DNA of 64,000 nt from Vicugna vicugna (taxonomy: Eukaryota), in assembly GCA_013265495.1 (NCBI GenBank), contig MU057701.1, forward strand, positions 1,240,001-1,304,000, written 5' to 3'. The position numbers and the translations under genes are program-made. This document shows positions 11,221 through 24,140 of the stretch, one piece after another. Below the pieces are notes generated by a model. That model had not been told where the DNA came from, made no database searches, and was given only the letters and a program-made list of their open reading frames with translations. Position 1 is the stretch's first letter. Each line of letters opens with the position of its first letter.

Positions 11221-13199
11221 TGTGTGTGTGTGTGTATAAAATATAGAGGGATCCCTTGTGCACTTTACCTAGGTTTCTGCAGAGGTAACATTTTAATGTT
11301 ACAGTATAAAACCACAGGACATTGCCTGTGTAGGTTCATGTACCCGTCACCACAGTCAGCACACAGTTTCAGCACCACAAGGATCCCTCATGGGGCCCTT
11401 TATCTCCATCCATACCCACTTCCTTCCCTTTCTCCATCCCCAACCTCTGGAAACTGCTAGTCTGTCCCCTGTTTCTAAGATATGTTATTTCAAAGATGTG
11501 ATGTCAGTAAGATCATATCTGGGGGACTGGCTTTTTTCACTCAGCCTGTTGCCCTGGAGACGCATCCGAGTTGTTGCATCTCTCATTTGTTTGCTCCTTT
11601 TCATTGCTGAGGACTATTCCATGGTGTGCATGCATTATTCAGCCATTCACTGATGGACACCTGGACTGATTCCAGTTTTGAGGGAATGCTGAAATCACAA
11701 AGCTGCCATGAACATTCAGTTACAGATTTTTTCGTGAACATACTTTTTTAAAAAAAATTTTCTCTGGGCAACTGGTTCATTTTTTAAATAGCTAATTAAA
11801 GATCCTTGAGATCTGTGAGGGGTCACACATTTGATACCCACGTGTGTTCTCACGTTCTCAGTATTGGAAATGTTTATACAGGCTCCTGGCTTGCTCCTAA
11901 ATCATATGAATGTCCCGTCTGTCTAAAAGCACTGCTTCCAGTGCATATTCTCATTTTTTTTTGGATGCATCTATGTATTTTAATTTTGTTTAATCGGGTA
12001 ATGAAGCTGTAAAGAAACAGGAAACATTAAGACAGTTGTATAGAACAAATTGAAGGATTACATCCTAAAATAACCCTGGTAAGTGAATAAATATTTCATA
12101 TTCTGTGTATTTCAACTTTTTTAGGCTTTGACCTCTTCAGCCTTTGTTCTAAGCTGAAGATTTTCCTACTGTGGGGCATTTCAAGAAGTCCTGAAATGTT
12201 TTTCTTCCAGACGGATCAGGCAAAAAGTTAAGGGCTCAGCCCTGAAATCAGGCAGCCAGCGTTCCAACAGACTTTACCACTTAAACCAGTCGTGGGATCT
12301 TGAGTCTTGTTTCTCTGCTCTAAAATGTGGGTTATTCTAGCATCCAATCCACAGAATTAAATGAGACGATCCATGAGAGGTGCTAAATGCTCAGTAACTG
12401 TTTGCAGACACCCCCTCTCCAAATCTCTTGAGAACGACGCTTCAAAATCATTCACTGTAGGTTGTTTGAAGGGGGTTGTGAGGGAGGATTGTATAAATTC
12501 CCAAAGAAAAAGTCGCCTAAAGTCTTCTACACCTGGTTTCTCCCTGGAAGACCTGACCCCGCTGCCCCTCTCAAATCAACTGGTCAACCTCCCTCTGTCG
12601 CCTTTGCTCTCAGATGAGCCTCTGTCTTCCTCCAGTAGCTGTTTAGAATTCTCTGTGTTTCTCTGGGGACTTTGGTCATTCTGCCGCCCCCAGCTGGCAC
12701 TGTATCCCCCAAATATGAGGACTGTGAACACATGGGATGTGCTTTGCTTCCCTTCTTGGTGTTTTTTGGTTCCTGTCATGCTAGGCTGTTTGGTTGGTCG
12801 GAAGGATCTCAGGTTTCCACCACAGGGACTCAGATGCCTCTTCATGCCATCTGGCCGGTTATGCAGGAACTCCATGGCCCTTCTTAGCATCAAGCCGGGA
12901 ACTGTGATTTCAGCCGAGCCCGCAAGCAACAGAGGCCACTTAATGACCTCTGTGATGACGGCAACTGTCTGCTTCCTTTGTCTTCAGCCCCAGTAATCAG
13001 CGGGAACACTGCTCTGACTCATGGCGTTGGTTTGGACAGATCTTTATCTTCTAGTTGCTTTGTCAGTAAGATGAAGAGATGTGCCGCAGCCAGTTTTCCC
13101 CCAGAGGGAACAGGAGTGGCTTGCGCGGCTGCTGGAGACCTCAGGAGCCGCCTTACAAACCTGCCTCGTGGCGCGGGGGCTGTGACTGCCCTACATCGG

Positions 13200-14120
13200 C
13201 CACAGGACACCCTGCAGCCCTCTGGAAACATCACCCCCCTCTAAGCTGTCTTCAAAGACCCTTGCAGAACTTTCCCTCACTTGCTGTGCTACCGAGTTCT
13301 AACTAAAACAGACTTCCCTATGGTTTCTACCCAAAGTTAAAAAAGAAGTCCAATTCCTCTTTCACATAAGAACAATGCAGTTCTTTAAAGATAATTATCA
13401 GATACTCTTTCAGCTCTTTCCTTTTCAGTCTTAACATTCCCACTTCCTTCATATGCTCCTCTCCTGATGCGTTTGGAGGTCTTTTTCTCAGTGTTCTCAT
13501 CACCCACCCATGCGCTTTTGGGCGTCCCCCGCTGAGCTGAGCATGTATGACAGAACGCAGTGGGACATCTCCTCCCCTCTGAGGCTTTACTTTCATTCAT
13601 GCTGCCAGCTGAGGTGGTAGCCGTGTCCCTTTCAAACTCCTCAGTTCTTCTTTTCCCCATGCAGTCTGTTGAGCTTTGAGGAACTAAGACCGGGAACTTA
13701 ACTTTAAGTTTCTGTTACGTCTGGCCCTCTGTTCCCTCCCAGTGACATCCTTTTGACTACGGATTCTGTTCTTTGGCCTCTTACCTATCCCTACCAGTGT
13801 TGTCATCCAATTAGCGTGCTCCCCAGTCCTCTTGTAATTCTGGAGAGGGAAGAAGACAGAGCCACGTGCCACTCCACGATGAATGATGTCCTTTGACAAA
13901 ACCTCTTTGGATCCCACAAATGACAGATACCACATACTTCTTCATGAGGATCCCCGGACACACATGGTCAAATGTCTTGCTGAAATCCAGAAACTCTATA
14001 CCTGCAGTGTTCTACCGATTCAACAGTCTGGTAACTCAGGCCACAAAAGAAATCAGGTTAATTTGTCCTGACCTATTTTTCAAAGATCTTTGCTGGTTTC
14101 TGGTCATTTCTACTTCCTGC
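13200..14120 (-). mobile_element. L3/CR1 LINE remnant
   Basis: EEHMKEVGMLRLKRKELKEYLIIIFK resembles CR1 [22 protein letters not shown]; RT pieces at 13840-14110. Confidence 0.75.
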
Positions 14121-14381
14121 CTGGGAGCTGCAAGTGCCCTCTACCAGCACCTGTAGGAGTTCTGCTGTGATCCGTACCTGTTTGTTGGGTGCTAAGATGC
14201 CATTTCAGTCCCTTCACTGAGCACCCTTCCTCCTGCCCCACCTCCTTCATGACCCAGGCCTCATCTAGCCTTTAATATGTAGCCTAATCCTTCCTGGGTG
14301 TGACCCTCACTGGCAGCCCTGTCAGGTCTGGCCTGGACTCCCCATTCTCCACCCTTCCCTACCATAGAGACCTGGGCCTCC

Positions 14382-14384
<3 letters not shown>

Positions 14385-14418
<34 letters not shown>
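14385..14418. repeat. (GT)n microsatellite
   Basis: perfect GT run. Confidence 0.95.
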
Positions 14419-14424
<6 letters not shown>

Positions 14425-16019
14425 ATTTGTGTACTTTGTGAAGAGTTTGTTGAAGTTCTACACACAATGAGAGCCATAACTCACTAGGAAAAGATTTTAG
14501 GGGATGCTTAGATGCAACAGAAAGTTTTTACACACCTAATAAATAATCTGCTGGGGTTTTGTAGAGGATGGATATCAAGGCCCCTGAGATCTGCGGTTTT
14601 AGGATTCCCTATCCCTACCCCCACCTCCTTTTCTTAAACACAGGACATTTTCTGGGTTTCAGGCTAGACACGAGAAGGGGACAGTTTTGCCCCTTACACC
14701 TCCATCACTTGGAGATCCAGCCCAGGAATAGCACCACCCTGCTTGGCCCAAAATCCTGGGGAGGTGAAGCCTCTTAGGCAGGAGCCATTGTTTCCTTTCG
14801 GAGCAGGGGATGAAGAGATCCCCCGAGAGCCGAGAAGAGGGGGCCCTCGCAGCCCCTGGCCTCTGCTTCCTCTGCTGCTCCCCTAGCCAGACTTCCTGTT
14901 GAAACCAAAGTGATGTGTGATCATGATAACAAGTAACCATGCACTTCTGCTGAGTCCATGAAAGCCAGCTGGGCACAGACAAACCTACATGGACACTGGA
15001 CTGAGAACCACCCCGACTGGTAATGTTTTAACTATTTTAAAGTTTTTTTTTTTCTCTTAAATTCCCAGAGTCTATGTGCAGAAGTGGACAAGTCAGAGAG
15101 TGATGATATGGACAGGGGCCATTGTCTAACATTCTTGTCTCTTACCTTCTATGTTTTCTGCTGCTCCTCTTCAATCCTTAATATTGAAATATTAGCAGGA
15201 AGGTGGATTTCTAAAGCCCAAAGCTTTAGGCTTAAGAAAACAGGGTGGAGAAATTGCTGCCATCCTTCCCTGGGCCACCAGGTGAGGCTCTGGCACTCGT
15301 AGAGGTGGGAGTCTGTAGGCACTGATGGGTGATGTGAGGGATGGGGACAGTGTTCCTGTTGGGAAGTCCCCTGAAAGAGAGGACTAGGCTCCATTAAAAA
15401 TGCCTTTTAAATCATGGACAGTGGACTTTAAAGAAATCCCAGATATGCAGTGGCCGAGTCCCACCTGCAAGGAAGGGAAACTGCCCAGACCACCCCCTGG
15501 GATTAAAGTGTCCCAAGCTGGGGGCTTGAAGAGACCTGGGGCTCAGGCTGCTCACAGTATAGTTTCAACTCATTGGGGATAAAGAGTATGAAGGAGCCAG
15601 GGATGGGGGTGGGGATGCCGAGGCGATGGTGCCCAGAGAACCTAGTCAGTGTTTGTCAGATTGGTTTTGAGTACATTTAGCATTTGCTCAGCAGCCAACT
15701 TAAAAACAAACTTCTGAGTCAAAACCTGATAAGCTGAAAATTGCCTGTGCTTTAAACCAAAGTCACTTTTTGTATCTAAAATTCATTCTGCTGATCCCTA
15801 GATAAACTGTGACCTTTTCCCACCTCCTATTCCAAGAGTTGTTCCTGGCAGGGTAATTTCTCCACAAACTTAGGATAAGCCAATTAGAGTTTCCTCTTAT
15901 TTTAGCAAAGTTGACTTCATCTTGGGTAGAAGGAACAGAAAAGGGAGGATAAGGACAAAAAACAGTCCATTATTTATTAGTAGTAGTATCATTACTGCAG
16001 TTTATCAGCACTTTGAGAA

Positions 16020-16330
16020 TTTATCATGATATCTAAGACATCCTCATGAGGAACCTCATATCCTCATGGTGAAGGATGGAGGAAACAGTAGTAGAGGAAG
16101 GGGATTTAGAGCTTGCAGAACATATATATCAAAAGAATTTTGATTATGATCAGCCTGGGGCAGGTCTCCGGTGGAGTACCATACGGCTCTGTCTTCATTC
16201 TTCTCCTACTGAATATTTTTATTAATAAGTTGGATTAGGACTCAGGTGACCTTCTAATAACATCTGTGGATGACTCAAAGCTGGGAAGGAGAAGTCAGAG
16301 GATAGAATCAATTGTCAGAAAGATGGATAA
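16020..16330 (+). mobile_element. L3/CR1 reverse-transcriptase remnant
   Basis: GVPYGSVFILLLLNIFINKLD*...SVDDSKLG resembles CR1 GVPQGSVLGPxLFNIFINDLD...FADDTKLG. Confidence 0.8.
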
Positions 16331-16778
16331 AGGCACTGCCCTGGAGGTAGCTATCATCATCCACCTTAAACCAGTGAAGTAAACCGAAGAGCAATACCCA
16401 GGGAAGGCCAGCTCTCACTCCCAGGAGGCGCCTCTCTCCCAGGAGGGGCTTCTCAGCAGCCTGACTCTGTTGAATGATCAGTTGATGGGGTAGCCTCCCC
16501 TCTAAACTCCTCAAGGGCAAGGCCAGGCCTTTGTCCTTCCTGGTGCTTAGCCTGGTGCCCTCTAGGACTGCGATGCCATTCCCTCTGCCCGGCCATCCTT
16601 GCTGTTTCATCCCAGTTGGGCCTGGCCTGGGAAAGAGTGTTCCTGACACTCTCTCCTGTCTGCAGCCCCGTTTCCTCTCGTGTCCTTTCAATAACCTAAA
16701 AAAGCAAAAATTGGAAAATGGACTGCTTCAGCCCCCAAGACCCGGTGTTTCTACGAGTGGCTCCAGTTTAGCAGAAGC

Positions 16779-17174
16779 TTTTTTTTTTTTAAATTGAAGT
16801 ATAGTCAGTTTACAACGTTCCGTCAGTTTCTGGTGTACAGCATAATGTTTCAGTCATACATGTACATACATATATTTCTTTTCATGTTCTTTTTCATTAT
16901 CAGTTACTGTAAGATATTGAATATAGTTCCCTGTGTTATACTGTAGAAATTTGTTGTTTATCTGTTTTTTATATAATGGTATCTTCAAATCTTGAACTTC
17001 CAATTTATCCCTTCCCACTCCCTTTCCCACTTGATAACTATAAGTTTGTTTTCTATGTCTGTGAGTCTGTTTCTGTTTTGTAAATAAGTTCAATTATGTC
17101 ATTTTTTTAGATTTCACAAATAAGTAGTATCAATTGGTGTAGTCATACTACATGAGGTAAGCCAGAGAGAGAAG
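16779..17174 (-). mobile_element. young L1 3' end with short 5' inversion
   Basis: poly-T then minus L1 3' UTR to ~17132; plus-oriented adjacent L1 segment ~17136-17174. Confidence 0.8.
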
Positions 17175-17214
17175 CATTCTTGAAACAGACTGCTTCCCAG
17201 AAGGGGTCCTGAGC

Positions 17215-17345
17215 GAGGGTTGTCAGATGAAACACAGGATGTCCAGTTACGTTTGCGTTTCTGATAAACAACAAATAATTATGAGACATCCTTATGCCAA
17301 AAAGTAACTTGCTGCTTCTGTGAAATTCAAATGTAACTGGAGATC
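17215..17345. mobile_element. MER33/MER3-like hAT element
   Basis: ggttgtcagatgaaacacaggatgtccagtt...gaaattcaaatgtaactgg. Confidence 0.65.
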
Positions 17346-18249
17346 AGGTACTATTATTTGCTCTCTCCGGCGGCCCGATCCTGAGCTCACCCAAGGTGGG
17401 ATCAGAAGTGATTATCAGGATCCTCTGGGGAGGCCTGGCCTGGCCCATTTCCAGCCCTAACCACCTCTCACCTAAGGGGAGAATATATGAGTGGGCTGAG
17501 GCTGCTACCCACTCAGGCCCCGTGGAGGACCAGGCCCCCCAGACTACCACACACCCACTTCTTCCTTCACGCCTGTGGGCTTCTCAGACCCTAGTCATCT
17601 CTGCTGGTCTCCGGCCTGCCCTCCCTTCAGGGCTGAATCTGGCCTCCTTGTGCTAGGAGCTGACGTTGGCCCTCTCTGACTCTAGCGAGCCTAGCTCAGC
17701 GCTGAGGCCAGCATCTGGAACAAGTCTGACACCATGGCCTGTGCATGGTCACCTTACCTGATGACCGTTTACATCTGGCTGTGCTTCCAGCTCATTCACT
17801 CACTTAGCAAATATTTCTGCAGGGCCCACTATATCACAGACATTGTGTTGACTGCATGGGCACTGCGGTGAGCCCAAGAGACCCAAGCCCATCCTCATGG
17901 AGCTGACAGTCTAATGGGGAAGATGCTTCTTGGGGATCATGCTGATACGTATGGGATTACCAGCAGTAATGGGTGCGATGAAGGGGCAGATGGGGAGCTT
18001 TGAGAACTGGCAACCGGAAGCCTGTTCTGGTCCAGGAGTCTGCTTTGAGCTGGGCCTGGAGAGGAGGAGTTACCTAGATGAGGGTGGTGGGGGGTTAAGA
18101 AGAGCTTTCCAAGCAGAGGCGTAGCCTGGCTACAGGCTGATGGGGCAGGGGGCAGGGAGTCTGATACTTTCCAAGGCTGAGGGGAGGCCAGTGTGCAGGA
18201 ACCTTTCCACCCACTTCATCTGTTCCTGTTCTTGCCCAAAGTCACACGC

Positions 18250-18425
18250 AGGACCAGTTACATGATTTGTGGATTTATTGCAAAATGAAAATGCAGGGCC
18301 CCTTTAACAATATTATTAAGAATTTCAAGATGCCACCCACAGGGTGTTAAACCCAACATGGACTGTTCTGAGCACAGGGCCCTGTGCAATGGCCCAGGTC
18401 ACACTCCTGAGAAGCTGGTACTGGT
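18250..18425. mobile_element. MER45-like hAT element
   Basis: gcaaaatgaaaatgcagggccc...aagaatttcaagatg...cacagggccctgtgcaa. Confidence 0.65.
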
Positions 18426-18618
18426 CTCATGAGTCATGTGTGTCAGGTCATGGGCAGGATCTGAATCTTCTGCCCACGAAAGTACTTTATAATGTCAGTT
18501 ACTGAAGGCCCCAGAGCAAGCCAGACAGACATCAGCAGGTGGATGTGACTCTTGAGAATTGGTTGATACTTCACCTTCTGGCTGTTTTGCCATCTGTAAC
18601 AGGGATCATGATACCCTC

Positions 18619-19075
18619 TGTAAAGGGCTGACAGTGGTCCCCTCAGATACCAGGTCCTAATCCCTGGAACCTGTGAATTCTACCTTATAGAGAAAAATGA
18701 TCTTTACAGATGTGATTAAATTAGGGATCTTGGGATGGGTGGATCATCCTGGATTATCTGAGTGGCCCCTAAATGCAATCATAAGTGTCCTTAAATGAGA
18801 AAGGAGATTTGACACACAGAAGAGAAGGCAATGAGAAGACAGAACAGAGGTTTGAAGACGTTGGCCTTGAATATTAGATGGATGCAGCCACAAGCCAAGG
18901 AAAGCCAGCAGCTGCCAGGAGCTGGAAGGGGCCAGGAGCAAATTATCTCTTGGAGCCTCTGGAGGGAGTAAGGGCATGTGGCTCTGCTGTCACCTTGATT
19001 TCAGTCCAGTGATACTAATTTTGTATTTCTGCCCTCTGGAGCTGTGAAAAAAAAAAGTTTATATTATTTTAAGCC
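18619..19075 (+). mobile_element. MLT1D-like solo LTR
   Basis: gtcctaatccctggaacctgtgaat...gatgtgattaaatt...cctggattatctgagtggcccctaaatgcaatc. Confidence 0.8.
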
Positions 19076-19079
19076 TAAA

Positions 19080-19895
19080 TCTACAAATCTACTTTCTGTG
19101 TCTTATCAATTTGTCTCTTCTGGACACTTCATATGAATAGAATCATACACTATTTGGCCTTTCATGCTTGGCTTCTTTTCACTTAGTGCGATGTTTTCAA
19201 GGTTCATCCATACGGTGGCATGTATCAGTACTTCACACTTTTTATTGCCAAATAACAATCTATCATATGAATATACCCTGTTTCGTTTTCAGCTGGTGAA
19301 CATTTGAGTTGTTTTACTTTTTGGCTATTTTTCATAATGCTGCTGTAAACATTTGTGTACAAGTATTTGTACAGACACATTTTCATTCCTTTTTGATATA
19401 TACCTGAGAGTGGAATTGCTGCTGGGGGAACTGCCAGACTGTTTTCCAAAGTGGCTGCATCATTTTACGATCCCACCAGCCTTGTGAAGATTTCTACATA
19501 TCATCCTCAACATTTATTATCGTCTGTCTTTTTAATTACAGCTATCCTACTGGGTGTGAAGTGATATTTCATTGTGGTTTTGATTTGCAACTCTGTAATG
19601 ACTAATAATGTTGAGCATCTTTGCAGGTGCTTATTGGACATTTGTATCTCTTCTTTTGAGAAATGTTTATTCAAGTCCTTTGGCCATTTAAAAAGAAATG
19701 GTTATCTTTTTGTTGTTAAGTCATAAGAGTTCTTTAAATATTCTGAATCCTTATCAGATGTATGATTTCTGAATATTTCCTCCCATTCTGTGGATTGCCT
19801 TTCAGTTTCTTGCTGGTGTCCTTTGCAACACAACAGTTTTTAATTTCAATGAAGTCCAATTTATCTTTTTTTTTCCTTTTGTTGCTTGTGTTTCT
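19080..19895 (-). mobile_element. L1MB-like fragment
   Basis: ttttccaaagtggctgc...ttgtggttttgatttgc..gactaataatgttgagcatctt. Confidence 0.85.
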
Positions 19896-20052
19896 GAGAA
19901 CAGAAGGCACAAATACCTATTGAGTGTTTCACTTCAGTGCCTGGGACATGGTGAGGCTCTTGCCCCTCTTTCCAGACCAATTCCTGGGCCACTTGGGGAA
20001 GAAAAGGGCAGACCCCTTGGCCCCTTGGGCCATTGTGCAGCTGACCTGCTGT

Positions 20053-20359
20053 CAGGGCAGACTCAGCCGTTAGGCGCAGGAGGTACAGTGCCACGGCCCA
20101 CAGTGCTTTTATAGGCCCATGAAAAAAACAAATTTTTTTGGGTTTTTTTTTCTTTTCTCTTTTTCTTTCTTTCTTTCTTTTTTTTTTTTAAATTTTGGGG
20201 AGAGATAGTTGAGTTTATTTATTTTTTTAATTGAGATACTGGAGATTGAACCCAGGACCTCATGCATGCTAAGCACACACTCTACCACTGAGCTATACCC
20301 TTAAAAAAAATCGTTTTTTTTTTCAATCAAAAGAATATAAAAGAACTTTTAGGTCAAGG

Positions 20360-20390
<31 letters not shown>

Positions 20391-20525
20391 CATATATATG
20401 TACACATTATTTATTTATTTAATATATTCTTATTTATACCAATGCAGTTGTAAATATATATATATATTTTTTTTTTTTTAAATGGAGAAAAGGGCCCTCA
20501 GCCATGAATCCTAATATAATCCTGC
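20053..20525. mobile_element. MER96B-like hAT element split by a SINE and a (TG)n
   Basis: cagggc...acagtgcc.cggcccac..; cttttaggtcaagg; tttataccaatgcagttgtaaa. Confidence 0.55.
20140..20302 (-). mobile_element. Vic-1-like tRNA-derived SINE
   Basis: reverse complement of gggtatagctcagtggtagagtgtgtgcttagcatgcatgaggtcctgggttcaatc. Confidence 0.85.
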
Positions 20526-22239
20526 CTTTCTCCTTTCAGTGGAATGGAGGGGGCCCTCCAGTAGAGAAAGGAACAGCACTGTCCCAACCTGCCTCCCTTT
20601 TGCACTGCTGCCCACCTTTGCAAGGGGCCAGACTGGGGCCATGAGGACAGGACCTGGGTAAGCACTGAATTAGGGACTTTAAGCCCCTCCCCTTGAGCTC
20701 ATTAAGACAGCTGATTTGCCAGAACAGCAATTCAGATAGGGCAAGCTGGGGCCCAAAGAGACCTACAACTATTGTTATTACTACTCTTGCTGTTTTTATT
20801 GTTACTGCGTTCTTACTGTGCTCTGCTGGTTAAATGTGCTTTCAAAAGCTGCTCTCATTTGCTCTTGATAACAAGCCTGTGAAATGGGTAGAGTGGGCAT
20901 ATTATTCCCATTTTATTGGTGCGGAAAGTGAACCTCAAAACACTTCCGCCATCAGACCGCAGAGAAGGCGCTGAAACCCCAGGCTTCTGGTCTGTGTATT
21001 AGTACATGCACTTCTGTTCGGTGACTTTCAAATCTGGCAAATGGGGTATTAGTCCCACTCATAAACTTGCCAGGGTTAATTAGTCAGGACACCAACCCCA
21101 TCCCACCTCCCACCCCCCGCTATCACAGACTGGTCACATGTCGCAGGCTGGGGGAGGTGGCCAGTATCTTACTTTCTATCACTGTGGTCATGAAATAGAT
21201 GGGAGGTTGGTCCTGCCTGGTGCATGTAGCTCTCTGACATCACTGCTGCCTGCCTCCCCCACCTTTCCTCCTCCACCCACCCCTAGCTTCTCAGAAAAAC
21301 CACTTCCTGAGGTTTATTCCACCAGGCAGCTTCTTCCGGCAATTAATGGATTGCTGTGATTTGGATTTGTGACATCCCTGGAATTTGAAGGCAGAGGCAG
21401 AACACATAGAAACCACTCTGTGCCCCTTCACCTGCCCTTTGGCTGCGAAGAGGAAGAAGAAGACAGTGCTGTGGGATAAACAGTGTCCTGGGTGGAGTGT
21501 GTTGTGCCTGCTGGGTGCGCCTGGGGTCTCCATCCTTGGCAATGTAGGAGTCAGTTTTCTTGATTAGTCACCAAGGAGTTAAAATATTCATGTGGAACCT
21601 TTTTTTTCCTTTCTGATTAAGGAATTCACTAAGAACCAGGGGAAGGAAGGGGGAAGGTATGTGGAAGCCAGACACATAAAAAAAGCCACTCAATTTCCTA
21701 TTTTTAAAAAAGTGAAATAGAAAAAATTCCTTTTGTACATTTTTAACTTTTAATAAGACACTCATGCTTTACAAATAAAGAATAAGGAGCATAGTTATCT
21801 TTTCGAAGAATAAAATAATTGACGGAGAATATATGCTTCAGTTCTTATCTCTAAGTTGTTATAGCCAAGGCATAGAGAGGAGGAAGAGGTTTCCATGAGA
21901 GCTAGAAGGAGTGGTTTCCCAGGAAAGAGAATGAGAGGGAGACAGACAGGCAGACCCATGGAGAGTAGGTGAAGGAGGAAGACTCTCCCATGAGTATCCG
22001 CAAGCGCTGTGAAGGACCAGCCCAGTGCTGATCTGGCGCTGAGGCCCCAGCACAGGTGGCCCCACTGCAGCACTAGCTGGGCTCGGCTGAAGTGGGTACA
22101 AGCAGCCATATCAAATGATTTCCAACCCCCGAGGCGCAGCTTTTATTTTAAAATGCAAATTCTTAATTTGATTTTAATAGGAATGCATTTACATGATTTA
22201 TAAACTAAAACGGACACAGAGGTTTATAATGAAAAGTAT

Positions 22240-23870
22240 ACTGAAAACTGTAAAACACTGCTGAGAGAAAGTAAAGAAGACTTAAATGGAGAGATATGCC
22301 AGTTCATGGGCCAGATACTCAGTATTGTCCGTTCTCCCCAAGTTGATTTATAGAGTCAATGAGATTCCAGTCAAAATCTCAAAAGGCTTTTTTTTCATTG
22401 AGAAGCTGATTTTAAAATCATACGGAGGGCAAATAGAATATTCCAAATAACTTTGAAAAGGAAGAAAAATTAGGACGAACGCCACCTGACTTCAATGTAT
22501 TATAAAGCTACAGAAATCAAAGTTGTGTGGTAGTGTATAAACAAATAGATCAGTGGAACAGAATGGAGTCTCCAGAAATATATACGTCCATATATGTGGA
22601 CAACTGATTTATCAACAAAGATGCAAAGAGAATTCACTAGAGAAAATATAGTCTTTTCAACAAATGATGCTAGAACAACTGGACATCCATATGCAAAAAT
22701 AAATAAATAAATAAAAAAGATAAGAAGAACGTTGATCCATACCTTGCATCGTATTCAAAAGTTAATTCAAAGTAGAGAATAAATCAAAGTGTCAAACCAT
22801 GGGGGAGATTATTTAAGACCTTGGTAGGCAAAGATTTTTTTATATGTGATACCAAAAGACTGATCATAAAAGGAAAAATCGATAAATTGGACTTCATTCT
22901 TTAAAATTTAAAACTTCTGATTATCAAAAGACAACTCTTAAGGATCAAAAGACAAACTAGCAGAAAATATTTGCAAATCATATAATTAATAAAGGATTTG
23001 TATCCCGAATATATAAATAATTCTAAAAACACAATACTAAGAAAACAGCCCAACTAAAAATTGAGCAGAAGATTGTAATAGATACATCAGATGGCAAGCA
23101 AACACATAAGAATATGCTCAGTATCATTAGTCATTAGGGAAATGCCAATTAAAACCATTTCCTATTAGACAGCACTGCATTCCCCAGTAGAATGGCAAAA
23201 AAATGAAAAGATTGACCTGCCAAGTGTTGGTGAGGATGTGGAGTGACTAGAACTCTCATACCTTGCTGGTGGGAATGTAAAATGGTGTAATCAGTTTGGC
23301 AGTTTTTTAAAATGCTAAATGTACACCTACCATATAGCCCAGGCATTTTATTCCTAGGTACTTATCCAAGAGAAATGAAAATATGTGTCCAGACAAGAGC
23401 TTGTTTATAGGAGCTCAATCTGTATTAGCTCAAATCTGGAAACAACCCAAATGTCCGTTAGCAGATCAATAAGCAAACTGATATTTTCATGCAATGGAAT
23501 GTTACTTGGCAATAAAAGGGAATGAAGTATTGACTATGCTTATTGAAAGAAGATAGGCCAAAACCAAGAACAACAAAAGTGCATAGTGTATGAGTCCATT
23601 TATATGAAATTCTAGAAATGCAAACTAACCCACTATGAGAGAAAGCAGATCAGTGTTTGCATGGGGGCTGGTAGGTATGGGGAGATGGGTGCAGGGAGGA
23701 AAGGATTGCCAAGGGGCACAAAGAAACTTTTGGGGGTGATGTATATATTAATTTTCTTAATTGTGGTCATGTCACGGGGTACACATACGTCAAAATTTTT
23801 CTAATTGTAACTTAAGTGTATACAGTTATTGCATGTCAATTATACCTTGATAAAGCTATTTAGTTTTCAA
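22240..23870 (+). mobile_element. old L1 (L1M) ORF2 3' part and 3' UTR, degraded
   Basis: agatcagtggaacagaat; tcttttcaacaaatgatgctagaacaactggacatcc; tggaaacaacccaaatgtcc. Confidence 0.88.
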
Positions 23871-23961
23871 TTTCTTAAAAATTTAAAAGGTAATATAAAA
23901 AAGAGATAAAAATAGTCACATAACTTAAAAACTAAAAAGTACAAAAAAATTTACAATAAAC

Positions 23962-24140
23962 TGCTATAAAAAAATAGATAAACAACAAGGACCTACTGTA
24001 TAGCACAGGGAACTATATTCAGTATCTTGTAATAACCTATGATGGAAAAGAATATGAAAAGGAATATATATATATATAACGGAATCACTTTGCTATAAAC
24101 CTGAAACATTGTAAATCAACCTTATTTCAATAGTAAAAAA
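23962..24140 (+). mobile_element. short L1 3' end (artiodactyl type)
   Basis: aacaacaaggacctactgtatagcacagggaactatattcagtatcttg. Confidence 0.85.

Noticed and set aside
12361..12996. 211-aa ORF
   Set aside because: No recognisable domain or splice structure; begins in a MIR-like repeat; chance ORF
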